This document shows, in pieces, positions 30,084-39,945 of a stretch of DNA of 64,000 nucleotides; positions within the stretch are counted from its first letter, which is position 1, and every line of letters begins with the position of its first letter. The notes beneath the pieces are model-generated. The model ran no database searches and was not told the origin of the DNA. It was given only the letters and a program-made list of their open reading frames with translations. Both the position numbers and the translations under genes were made by a program. The stretch lies in the NCBI GenBank assembly GCA_000004985.1, contig GG738912.1; one strand, 5' to 3'. Source of the stretch: Naegleria gruberi. Taxonomy: Eukaryota.

Positions 30084-31526
30084 ATGTTCGCAGAGGAAAC
30101 TCATGGTCATTACCATGATAAAAAGAAGACGAAACTCGCCAAAGATAATGTTGACGAAATGATTGAAATTGAAATGCCAAATAATGCAAATAACAGCAGT
30201 AGTGGAAACGGAGATGTGGCTGGACAACAAACAGTAATGCATAGAATTGGTTCTTCTCCGACCTTTAGTCCAGTTTCTGTTCCTAGGTTAAATGTTTCGT
30301 ATGTGGATCAAGCTACTCGAGAGTGGCAATCGGATTTTAAACAATTTCCTCTAGTGGATACAGCCAATATTTCAAAGAAGGAAGTTGTAGAGTTTTACGA
30401 AAAGCAAAATGAAATGGTTGATGAATATTCGAAACTTTTCAAATCCAAGTTGGAGCATTCGGACGAAACTACAACTGAAGGCGATTTGACAGGACGTTCT
30501 GTTGCCAATGAAGCTGCTTTCGAACAGGAAGAACATATTACACCTGCCATGAAAAGATTAGAATATTGGTGCATTCACTTGTCATTTTGGACAAACGTTT
30601 GTTTATTTGTGTTGAAATGTTCTGCGAGTATCTTATCAGTTTCTCTCTCAGTTATTACATCCACAATTGATTCTGCTTTGGATTTATTATCTGGTTTGAT
30701 TATTTATATTACTTCATTGTATAGAAGAAGAAAGAATGATATTTATCAATATCCAATTGGTAGAAATAGATTGGAACCAATTGGTTTTGTAATTTTTGCT
30801 ACTTGTATGTGTACTGCAAGTTTGCAAATTATCAAGGAAGGTTTATCTCAAATCGTGACAGGTCTCATTACAGGTGATGTTTATATTAATGCAAATAGCT
30901 CAGATGATTCAAATGCTGAAGTTGACTGGATGTTTGGTATTATGATTCCTAAATATGTTGCCACTATTTTCTATTGGTATGGTATTGGTGTCCTGTTGGC
31001 AACCATTCTCATCAAATTGGCTCTCCATTTGATTTGTAGAAGAGTTAAACATTCTCCTTCAGTTATTGCCTATGCATTCGATCACAGAAATGATGTCTTG
31101 TCTAATAGTTTGTTGCTTGTTTCCCTATTCTTGAGCAAATATTTGTGGTGGCTCGATTCTATTGGTGCTGTCATTTTGAGTATTTACATTATTAAGAGTT
31201 GGATTGACGAATCTTTGGAACATGTGACTAAACTTGTTGGTTTGACTGCTGATAAGGAATACATTCAAAAGTTGACATTCATGGCATTGAATCATAGTCC
31301 TCTAATTACTCAAGTTGATTCAGTAATGGCCTATTATTCTGGTGCCAATATGATTGTTGAGATTGATGTTGTCTTGCCAAAGGAAACTCCACTCTTGGAA
31401 TCTCACGACGTTGGTGAAACATTGCAAAAGAAGATTGAATCCTTGCCAGATGTTGAAAGATGTTATGTCCATTTGGATTATGAATTTTCACATACAAAGG
31501 ATTATGAACATGTCGTTAAGGATTAA
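30084..31526 (+). CDS. cation diffusion facilitator family transporter, Mn-type (DxxxD motif)
   Basis: Six TM helices; SASILSVSLSVITSTIDSALDLLSGLIIY…YQYPIGRNRLEPIGFVIFATCMCTASLQIIKEG matches the Mn-CDF (MTP8/11-like) TM2–TM5 consensus; C-terminal cytoplasmic domain present. Confidence 0.8.
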   Translation: MFAEETHGHYHDKKKTKLAKDNVDEMIEIEMPNNANNSSSGNGDVAGQQTVMHRIGSSPTFSPVSVPRLNVSYVDQATREWQSDFKQFPLVDTANISKKEVVEFYEKQNEMVDEYSKLFKSKLEHSDETTTEGDLTGRSVANEAAFEQEEHITPAMKRLEYWCIHLSFWTNVCLFVLKCSASILSVSLSVITSTIDSALDLLSGLIIYITSLYRRRKNDIYQYPIGRNRLEPIGFVIFATCMCTASLQIIKEGLSQIVTGLITGDVYINANSSDDSNAEVDWMFGIMIPKYVATIFYWYGIGVLLATILIKLALHLICRRVKHSPSVIAYAFDHRNDVLSNSLLLVSLFLSKYLWWLDSIGAVILSIYIIKSWIDESLEHVTKLVGLTADKEYIQKLTFMALNHSPLITQVDSVMAYYSGANMIVEIDVVLPKETPLLESHDVGETLQKKIESLPDVERCYVHLDYEFSHTKDYEHVVKD

Positions 31527-31667
31527 TTTTAAACACACAATTATATAACTCGACAACACAGACTTGTCTTTGTAAATATTAAATATATATTCACATAATA
31601 TTTATTCTAGAGACAGTTCAATAATTTCAGATTTGATTGATTTGTTTACAATACTTTACAAAAATCT

Positions 31668-32388
31668 CTAAAACAACATTTTCAAAATACTCTTAATGAC
31701 AAAGTAAGCAAGAATCAAAAATCCTAAAAAGTATAATGGACGTTGTTCCACAGGAATTCCATTAGCTTGTCTAACAAGAGGATCAAACAAATCCGATAAT
31801 CCACCTCTACCTCCAGAAGCTTGCAAATTATTATAGGTTGTTGAAGATGATGCAGATGATCCCAAAACTCTTCCTCCACCCGAAGGGAAAGCTCCTGGTG
31901 ATGTATTAGTTCCATGTTTCTTAATCATATCCTCCACTTTATCCATATCAGCTCCTACAATTTGTCCTAACTTTGATCCTGCCTTGAAGAAGAGGAATGT
32001 TGGAAGAGAAGAAACTGAGTATTGAGAGGCAATATCTTGCGATTGATCAACATCGACACTGACAAAATTTGTATTTGGATATTTAGTAGATAATTGTTCA
32101 AATTTTGGTTTGGCATTCATACATGGTCCGCACCCTATAGATGATGATCAAAAGTGTTTTAGAATTATTATTAATTCAATATCCAATTTAAATAAATTAA
32201 ATAATTTAATAATTTTGTATGATGATTGTAAATTCATTCCGAAATTAATTTATAGTATCTTCCTCATTATGTTCTTCATAATTAATAAACATACATGTAG
32301 CAAAAAAATCAACAACAGTTAAATTTGATTTCTTGATAATTTCCGAAAATTTAGAACTTGAAGAAACTTGTTCAACCTTTCCACCCAT
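31668..32388 (-). CDS. thioredoxin (WCGPC) with C-terminal Gly/Ser linker and hydrophobic tail (tail-anchored candidate); 2 exons
   Basis: Exon 1 (32388..32295) encodes MGGKVEQVSSSSKFSEIIKKSNLTVVDFFAT. Intron 32135-32294 (GTATGT..CTATAG) splits the Trp codon. Exon 2 (32134..31668) encodes WCGPCMNAKPKFEQLSTKYPNTNFVSVDVD…LPTFLFFKAGSKLGQIVGADMDKVEDMIKKH, then a G/S-rich linker and …PLYFLGFLILAYFVIKSILKMLF*. Confidence 0.7.
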
Positions 32389-32535
32389 TTTTTTTAATAA
32401 TAATTAATTAATTGATTTTTCTATTATTAGGTTTTAATGTAAACAACACGTGTCATTTTCCGTAGGATGTTTACAATAAATGTCAAATATTTACAAATTT
32501 CAAATAGATTTAAAGAATTGTTTTGTGTGAATAAT

Positions 32536-33543
32536 TTATTCTCCATGAACGAATTTATCAAAGAGTGATTTCTTTTTCTTTTGTTGGACATAGACAGTAG
32601 TTGAAGAAACTGGAACGCTATGTTGAGGATAATAAGCAGAATATCCCACAGCTCCTGGAGGCATTGAAGGAGGTGGTCCATGAACTACTCTTACATTTCC
32701 AACTGGTGGTACAATTGATGGAGTGGTGGTGGTAACAACTGTTGTTCTTACTGGAACTTGTGTGACAACTGGAGGAGAAACAAATACAGGTTGATGAATC
32801 ATTTGAGGAGTATTGTAGGTTTGTGTGACAGTTCTTTGAGTTACAACAACTGGTTGTTGTGTTATCATTACAGGTTGTGGATGAATATATGGTTGTTGTG
32901 GTGGAATAATCATTGATTGACGCATTGGCATTACAGGTTGTGGCATTGGCATGTGTTGTGGAATTGGATTTGGTTTTTGATAAGTCATGGTAGTTGGTTG
33001 AGTTTTTTGTGGAAGAGGAGGTAAACTTGGTTGTTGTGGTGGTACATATTGGTTATTCATTGGAATGTATGGTTGTTGTGGTGGAATTTGTTGATTATTC
33101 AAGTTTGGATAGACAACTTGATTTTGCAAGTGTTGTGGAACTTGTTGTTGTTGTGGAGGTTGATATGGTTGTTGTTGTTGTGGAATGTAATATTGATTAA
33201 TTGGTTGTGGAACATTATATTGTTGACCTTGAGTTTGTGGTCTCAAATTGACAAGTCCAGTATCATAGGCCTGATCATTTGGATGATACTTTGTCTCCAA
33301 TTGATGATTTTTAATAAAGGAATCACTCATTGATTGTGTTACAGTTGCTGATGAAGAGGTTGAGGTAAAGGAGGCATTCATATTCGAATTTCTATCCAAA
33401 AAACCAACTGGAGCAACTGGCGTATTTGTTGTTGTAGGAGTACTTGGAGTATGATTCATCATTGATTGTTCATAGGAAGGAGGTTGTTGTTGTTGTTGTG
33501 TTGTTGGATATTGTCCACCAAAAGCTGTATTATCAAAACCCAT
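32536..33543 (-). CDS. Q/P-rich low-complexity protein (335 aa)
   Basis: ORF dominated by PQQ/QQP repeats. Confidence 0.45.
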   Translation of the reverse strand: MGFDNTAFGGQYPTTQQQQQPPSYEQSMMNHTPSTPTTTNTPVAPVGFLDRNSNMNASFTSTSSSATVTQSMSDSFIKNHQLETKYHPNDQAYDTGLVNLRPQTQGQQYNVPQPINQYYIPQQQQPYQPPQQQQVPQHLQNQVVYPNLNNQQIPPQQPYIPMNNQYVPPQQPSLPPLPQKTQPTTMTYQKPNPIPQHMPMPQPVMPMRQSMIIPPQQPYIHPQPVMITQQPVVVTQRTVTQTYNTPQMIHQPVFVSPPVVTQVPVRTTVVTTTTPSIVPPVGNVRVVHGPPPSMPPGAVGYSAYYPQHSVPVSSTTVYVQQKKKKSLFDKFVHGE

Positions 33544-33834
33544 TCTTTCTTCAATAAATAAATAATAAATAAATAGTTTTAAATGATCTCTGATTCTATC
33601 AACAAGTATTTAAATTTTAAATTTTAAAAAAGGCTTGCAAAATATTTTAAATCAGCCGTTTTGTGCTATGATACAAAAAATGATGAGAATTTTTTTTTTG
33701 AAATGAATTTGACGCGGACGTTGAGGAAATATTAATAGGCAGTTGAATTGGAAGATGAATTGGAAATGATTTTCCTTGTTGGTATTACTATTGAAATACT
33801 TTACAAAAAAATATAGCGAGTTTACAATAGGTTA

Positions 33835-34896
33835 TTATTGTAATGAACACCAAGAATTATCAGTTTCTGGTTTGGATTTTGGAGAGCTTTCTTTTCTTTC
33901 CTCTAGTATTTTCCATGAATTTGAGAATAAGCATTCCAAATGAATAAACCTTGAGGGTAGATTAATGTTCTGCATTTGGGCTGCGTTGACCTCTACATAA
34001 ATTGAGTTGAATTCATTTATGGCTAGTTCACAAGCCTCCTGTTGAGTAACTTGTCTTGTGAATTTCTCTTCTCTTGGGTAGAATCCAAGTAAAATTGCAA
34101 CTGTATTTGGAGCAAATTGTTTCCACAAAGGAATCCAATATTTCGAAATATCTGTAAACGAGCATCTATTGTCAATAGAAAAGCTGAATACCAATATAGA
34201 CGCAGAGTGCAGAAAGGATCTTGCTACAATTCCAGTAGTTTTGGCATAATTGAGAATTGATCCATGCCACACTTGATGTTTCAATTTAAAATTTAAAAAG
34301 TCACAATCTCTAACAATGAAATCTGCTCCAATATTAGGAAGTAAATGAGGTGAATAACATCCACTGGCGAAACTTCTGAAAAATCTTGATTTACCCACTT
34401 TCTTATTTCCAATAATGGCATACTTGATATATCTTTTGTCTTTCCTTTCATTTTTCTCATCTTCAATCTTGGTAGATCCCAATTGATTCTTATAGAAATT
34501 GAATAATTTCAGCTCATTGGCAACTATTTTCTTTTCCAATTTATCAGAAAAGCCAAGCAAATAGTATCGAATAATAGTTAATCTATTTCGCCTAATATGT
34601 ATTCTTCCTTCATGAGTATTCACACAACGACAGGAAGAGTTTGTATCTACTCTCTCAGAAATTCTATTATTATTATTATCACTCTCTCCATCATCATAAT
34701 AATAATAAACTTTTAAATTTTCTAATTTAAAATTCCGATCATCATGATTATTGAAATTATTTAATTGTTGTGATGATATATAGAATCCATCAATTAATTC
34801 TTGAACTGTTCGGGATATTCCATTCAAACTAGCCAAAACATCAATAGGTTCTAGAAAGGACACGATTTCAATCCATTCATCATTTAAACTTTCCAT
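33835..34896 (-). CDS. F-box-like N-terminus + Rab/Ras-like domain with degenerate G3/G4 motifs (pseudo-GTPase candidate)
   Basis: N-terminus WIEIVSFLEPIDVLASLNGISRTV is F-box-like. KYAIIGNKKVGKSRFF is a GxxxxGKS P-loop; PNIGADF is the Rab switch I TIGVDF; QVWHGS replaces WDTAGQE; GFYP replaces NKxD. Confidence 0.5.
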   Translation of the reverse strand: MESLNDEWIEIVSFLEPIDVLASLNGISRTVQELIDGFYISSQQLNNFNNHDDRNFKLENLKVYYYYDDGESDNNNNRISERVDTNSSCRCVNTHEGRIHIRRNRLTIIRYYLLGFSDKLEKKIVANELKLFNFYKNQLGSTKIEDEKNERKDKRYIKYAIIGNKKVGKSRFFRSFASGCYSPHLLPNIGADFIVRDCDFLNFKLKHQVWHGSILNYAKTTGIVARSFLHSASILVFSFSIDNRCSFTDISKYWIPLWKQFAPNTVAILLGFYPREEKFTRQVTQQEACELAINEFNSIYVEVNAAQMQNINLPSRFIHLECLFSNSWKILEERKESSPKSKPETDNSWCSLQ

Positions 34897-35286
34897 CTTT
34901 TTTGATGAAACTCTTCCACTGTTGTTTTTCTTTATTTTTTTCTTTGTAATTGGGTTGACAACCTAAATTGTAAAAGACCTATCAATATAATTGTAATGAA
35001 GAATAGAAAAATGAATTTGCAATATTAACTTCCTATAATAAAACTGAATTCATCCAAGTTCAAAGTCAACAGAGAGATATCATTGACGGAGATATAAAAA
35101 GCAACCATTGAAACGTTCTTACTAAAAAACAGTCCTCTTCTAATGAAAATGTCCTCCACCATCACACAGCTCAACATCATTTAAATACCTCACCATTTAA
35201 ACTCCACATCAATATCAATATAATAACCAAAAAGAAATCAACAACATCAATAGGACTTTATAAATCTCTTTCATCATCTTCATAAA

Positions 35287-35655
35287 ATGTCCAAAGTAAA
35301 ACACATTATTAAAACCTCCTTAAAAACCTTCGAAGTTGCCTCGGGGACAAACTTGAGAGCTGCCCTTGTGGAGAATGGAATTCCTCTCTATAATGGCAAA
35401 ACAGAGACTTTCAATTGTGGTGGAAATGGCACTTGTGGAACGTGTGCAGTGCAAGTGTTGGATATTGATGAAAAGACCTCCGTGAAGGACTCTATGAAAA
35501 GAACGAGTGGTGAGGAAATGAGATTGAAACTCCCACCACATTTCAATAAGAATCAAGATATTAGATTGGCATGCCAGTGTCAAGTGACACAAGATGTGAG
35601 TGTTCAAAAGTTTGATGGAGTTTGTGGTCATAAGTTTGATAAGACTAAATGGTAA
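35287..35655 (+). CDS. [2Fe-2S] ferredoxin-like protein (adrenodoxin-type Cys spacing)
   Basis: CGGNGTCGTC (C-x5-C-x2-C) plus a downstream LACQC; 122 aa, single exon. Confidence 0.55.
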   Translation: MSKVKHIIKTSLKTFEVASGTNLRAALVENGIPLYNGKTETFNCGGNGTCGTCAVQVLDIDEKTSVKDSMKRTSGEEMRLKLPPHFNKNQDIRLACQCQVTQDVSVQKFDGVCGHKFDKTKW

Positions 35656-35904
35656 ATAAATTTCACTTGGTCAATTGACAATATGAAATGAAATTTTAAA
35701 ATAGATACTTCAAAATACGGCTCTTGATCAACATTCAACTCAAATTTGAAATTTGGAACGAAAGAGGATTACCCATAAATCAAGAAATCGGTTTTGGATC
35801 ATTTAGCTCTTAGTCCAAATCTGGTTGACTGATGAAAACCTTCTCAAATACTATAAAACCAATGCCTGGCGAATACTTTTCAAATCATTCAACAAAAAAA
35901 CAAA

Positions 35905-37110
35905 TTGATTCAAATCAATATGAAAAATTCAGCTCTTAAATCAATCCTTCTAGGATTGGCTTTCATTGCACTTTCTGCAATGGTGGTCATGGGAACAGCT
36001 CCTCAAAAACCTGTTTCTAAACCAACTGATACTTATGGTGATCATCAACAATATTGTTACAATAAGTGTACTCATTACAAGACTATTCAAGGTAAATGCG
36101 TTGATTACGAATGGGTTGGTACCAAGAAGGAATGCTGTGATTGGAAGACAGTTGGCAAGGGTAAATGTTTGGAATATAAGAAGACTCACAAGTGTGACAA
36201 GTACAGTAAGAATGAAAAGATTTGTTTGGGTCACGGTTACAAACAATTCTGTACCAAGGTTACTAAGCATAAGATTTGTGCCAAATATGAATGGAAGGAA
36301 TTGTGCAAACATCACGGAAAGAATAATGCATGTGATGAATATGCTTATCATTTCATTTGTACCAAGTATGGTCATTCTGCTAGATGTGCTGAAGAAACCT
36401 ACGTTCCAAAGATTAAGTATTTCCATAAGAAGAGATGTGCCAAATACTCTGTCCATCAATATTGTGCCAAATATAAGAAACTCTCAAGAACTGTTGCTAA
36501 ATGGGTTCCAGTCAGTAAGAAACATTACAAGGGTTGGATTGATCATTACTATAAGCAAGTTTTGGAAAAGAAGTATCACACCATCTGTGTTGCTTATGCC
36601 AAGAGAAAGACCTGTACCAAATATGAAAACGTCAAGTTTGCCAAGAAGATTGGTTATGAAAAGAAGTGTGTCAAAATCGTCAGAAGAAAGTATTGTGTTG
36701 CCAAGCAAAAGGCTAAATTCTGTACCAAGTGGACTCCAAGCAAATTCTGTGATCTCAAAGAAAAGGTCAGAATCTGTAAGGCTTTCAGAGAAGATAAGTT
36801 CTGTTGTGATTATACTGCCAAGCCATATTGTACTCAATACAAGACATTGAAGCCAAGATGTATTAAGAGATCATTCAAGAAGCATTGTGTCAAGAAGTCA
36901 CCAGGTTATAAGGTCTGTGTCAAGTACAACTTTGTTGGAGGTAAGAGAATTTGTAAAAAGCACGCTGATAAGAGTGTCTGTGCTAAGAAGAAGAGAGTTT
37001 GTACTAAGGTTGATACCTACAAACCACCAAAGAAAGTTGACACCTACAAGCCACCAAAGAAGGTTGATACTTACAAACCACCAAAGAAGGTCGACACTTA
37101 TAAGAAGTAA
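35905..37110 (+). CDS. secreted, very basic Lys/Cys/Tyr-rich repeat protein with C-terminal 4x KVDTYKPPK repeats (no family recognised)
   Basis: Signal-peptide-like MKNSALKSILLGLAFIALSAMVVMG; about 11 spaced C-[AT]-K-[YW] units (CAKYEWKELC, CTKYGHSARC, CAKYSVHQYC, CTKYENVK, CTQYKTLKPRC…); AAG-rich coding; ends KVDTYKPPKKVDTYKPPKKVDTYKPPKKVDTYKK*. Confidence 0.65.
   Translation: MIQINMKNSALKSILLGLAFIALSAMVVMGTAPQKPVSKPTDTYGDHQQYCYNKCTHYKTIQGKCVDYEWVGTKKECCDWKTVGKGKCLEYKKTHKCDKYSKNEKICLGHGYKQFCTKVTKHKICAKYEWKELCKHHGKNNACDEYAYHFICTKYGHSARCAEETYVPKIKYFHKKRCAKYSVHQYCAKYKKLSRTVAKWVPVSKKHYKGWIDHYYKQVLEKKYHTICVAYAKRKTCTKYENVKFAKKIGYEKKCVKIVRRKYCVAKQKAKFCTKWTPSKFCDLKEKVRICKAFREDKFCCDYTAKPYCTQYKTLKPRCIKRSFKKHCVKKSPGYKVCVKYNFVGGKRICKKHADKSVCAKKKRVCTKVDTYKPPKKVDTYKPPKKVDTYKPPKKVDTYKK
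37006..37107 (+). repeat. 27-bp tandem repeat (3.8 copies) encoding KVDTYKPPK
   Basis: aaggttgatacctacaaaccaccaaag / aaagttgacacctacaagccaccaaag / aaggttgatacttacaaaccaccaaag / aaggtcgacacttataag: copies differ mainly at synonymous positions. Confidence 0.8.
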
Positions 37111-37492
37111 TTCGATCAATTTTGAATTAATATCAGAAAATTTCTAATTAATTAATTAGAATTTATATCCGAAAACTACTTTGTGAGAAAACAAGAGCCT
37201 AATAAAAACCCAATTTTCTTAAATTTATGAAACTTTCAAATCCTCCCTTGCTATAACCATTTAATAGTAGTAATCATGATGAAACTTCTTCCTTAAGGAA
37301 ACCAACGCCTTAATTTTTTTTTCTCACCAAAGAAAAATTCCACCACGCTACCTGCATCGTACGGATTCATCATATCGTTTGATACTCGACAAATTAAATC
37401 AAAGGCAAAAAATTGGGTGGTTCTTTTTCTTATTATTGTATATTAACAAGAGTGAGGGAAGGAGTTGTTGACAACAAATAATAAAAGAGAGA

Positions 37493-38145
37493 ATGACGAC
37501 TGAAGAGGAATTTGATGAAAATGATCTCCTTCTCGGAGGAGAAGCAACAACAGTTTCAGTTGAAGAATTTAGAGCAATGAAGAAAATGATGAAGGAGTAT
37601 ACGGAGAGAATTAAGGTTCTGGAAGATGTTTCAACACACTTTGCAAATGAATTTAAAATTATGAAAAAGTTGATCACAGCTCATGTCCATGAAGTGAACA
37701 ATAATATAGAAAACAAATTTAAGGAGATGAACAAGATTGTTGATTCAAAATTGGAAAAGATAGAAGGAAGATTGGATATGGCCTTTCAAAAATTGGAATC
37801 CACCTCTGAAGAATTGAACAAATCACAACATAGAAAGAGTAACAACTCTTCATTCCAAACCCCTAGAAAGAACGATTCTCTGTTGCAAATGTTCTCCCCG
37901 ATTGAAAGGAGTACAGGCAAGAAGGTTACTAGTGTTAAAAAACCAACTATTATAGAAGAGGAAGCACCATTGGAGGAAGTCGATTATACAGAAGAAATGA
38001 TAGAGGGTGTCTTGTCGTCGGAAGTTTTCGAGCCTCAACAAGGTATGTAGTATTGTTGTTGGAATGGATGACAGTTAACTCTTTGATTAGAAACTCTGCA
38101 AAAGATATTCAAGCATTGCGTTCTGAGATTGAAAGATTTGAATAA
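37493..38145 (+). CDS. coiled-coil protein (about 210 aa); 2 exons
   Basis: ORF 37493-38050 ends …EPQQ at a GGTATGT site. A 32-nt intron (38041-38072, GTATGT..GACAG) continues VNSLIRNSAKDIQALRSEIERFE*. The intron is inferred from frame continuity only. Confidence 0.45.
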
Positions 38146-38164
38146 GGGAGATATTAGAAAAACA

Positions 38165-39060
38165 ATGGCAAAAACGCATTTTGTGCAATTCTTTACAGAA
38201 GGAAAGATTGCCATCTTTTTGGATGAAAAGAGTTGTAACACCGATGTTGTTTGGATTGGAATTATGAAAAAGTTCAAAAAGTTTGGAATTATCAAGAGTA
38301 AGTAGTTTTTAGAGTTGATGAACAAATGTGAATTTCAATAGCTCAAGAAGAGTTATCGTATGACAACTTTGAGAAGGCAATCATAGTAATGGCTCAAAGC
38401 CTCAAAGATTCTTCATCAATGACACCAACACAACGAACTGAAATGTTTCTTGTTTCTTTCATTCCTAATTTCTATGATGTAATACAAATGAAGGAAGTCT
38501 ACAACTCAACTAATGAGGAACTTTTGAATCAGACCAGAGACATGGATAATTCCCATTACTTTTTAACAAACAATGAATGCTTTGATATTCTAAAGAAAAA
38601 CAGAAAACAATTGAAGCAAATATGGTCTATCCATAGTATCAATAAGAAACCAAGAGCTGGTTTACAACCAACACTGATTGGAGTCAACATTAAGGATCTA
38701 TTCGATATCTGTCAACAATATGGTTTGAAATCATTGATTACCAAAACTGATTTGATAACAGTAAGTATTCAGATGATATGGTTTTTTGTAATCATAAAAT
38801 CTTTTTAGATATTCGAACAAAGAATGGATCTCAAAAAGAATTCATTGTTTGAAAACAGACTTTCATACAATGCTTTCGAACTTGTACTAATTGACATTTC
38901 CAATCATATCTATGGTGGTAAACCATTTTGTAATACATACACTACTATTGAATCAAGAGTAGAAAAACTAATTAGCAAACTAATACTGGCATACGAAGAG
39001 GATAAATCAGTTCAAGCTGTCAAAATATTGAACGCTGTAACTTATGGACCGGGAATCTAG
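38165..39060 (+). CDS. hypothetical protein; 3 exons (38165..38297, 38342..38760, 38809..39060)
   Basis: ATG MAKTHFVQFFTEGKIAIFLDEK…; donors AGAGTAAGT and ACAGTAAGT; acceptors CAATAG and TTTTTAG. Splicing joins ORFs 38389-38808 and 38824-39060 in frame. Confidence 0.55.
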
Positions 39061-39744
39061 GTAATAAACATGTTCAAATAATACATATGTACAGTTCAAA
39101 TTTTAATAATTATATTTATATTGTTATTAGAATCATGGAGAATTTGCTCCGTGACTATCTAGTTTGTATCATCTCGAGATTATTGAACAACACATCCTTC
39201 AGATTCAGCTCTGACTGGAGCCTATTAAAAGTTACCCGATAAATATCATCACAACAATAGAAAATACTACATACCTTCAAAGGGTTAACTTGGGAAAGGA
39301 AGACTAAAATCCACATTGTCCAACAACACAAAACAGTCAAGAAGGTCATGGTTCTAATCAAACTATAATATGATGAATAAAAAAACAATTGGTCAGTTAA
39401 TGTTCGTATCCTCCAAACTCCTAAAACAAGATCTCAACATACCCAGCTTGTTTACCGAACAAAATGGTGAATGGCATGATAACAATGCACAAACCCCAGA
39501 AAAGAGCAGATCCAATAATGAGCGTCTTTGCGTCTTCGCTCAAAGCCATTTTTTCTTTTTTATATTTTTTTTAAAATTCAATTAAATATTTTATTTTCAA
39601 CTCCGGAGCCGGAAAAGGATTGCCTGCTAAAAAGAAAATATCTTCAAGGCAGATGGTGTTTGGAAACTATCAAGAATGTGTGAATTCATTATTTGATCAT
39701 TAATATAGATTAGTATTCTTCTTTGAATTATTCAACATATTGAT

Positions 39745-39860
39745 GCGGAAGAAAATATTTTAAAATTATTAACGAAGAATTTAATCAAAAATTTACCTCC
39801 ACACTGATGTGTGATGATATTGGTTGGAAATTGTACAATCAAAAATTAGATGATTGCCAG
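39745..39860 (+). repeat. ~120-bp element, copy A (same orientation as copy B at 43459-43580), 86 bp upstream of the ATPase gene ATG
   Basis: Shared blocks: ggaagaaaatatttta…cgaagaattta(a/t)…aaaaatttacctcc…ttggtt(g/a)gaaattgt(a/g)caatcaaaaatta(g/t)atgatt(g/a)cca. Confidence 0.6.
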
Positions 39861-39945
39861 ATTGTTGTCTAATAATTCCACTTGAGTTTGTTCAATTTCT
39901 ACAGCTTGGCGCCATTTTTTTAAACAACTCAGAAAAACAAAAAAA

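Noticed and set aside
35950-37147. ORFs 35950-36459 (−), 35966-36850 (+, other frame), 36484-36837 (−) and 36887-37147 overlapping the K/C/Y-rich gene
   Set aside because: They are alternative-frame or antisense readings of a compositionally biased AAG/TGT-rich coding region. Only the frame with the signal peptide and periodic Cys is coherent.
38165-39060. TPPP/p25-alpha or EF-hand assignment for this 3-exon gene
   Set aside because: Only a vague resemblance in one segment. No motif could be anchored, so it is left as hypothetical.
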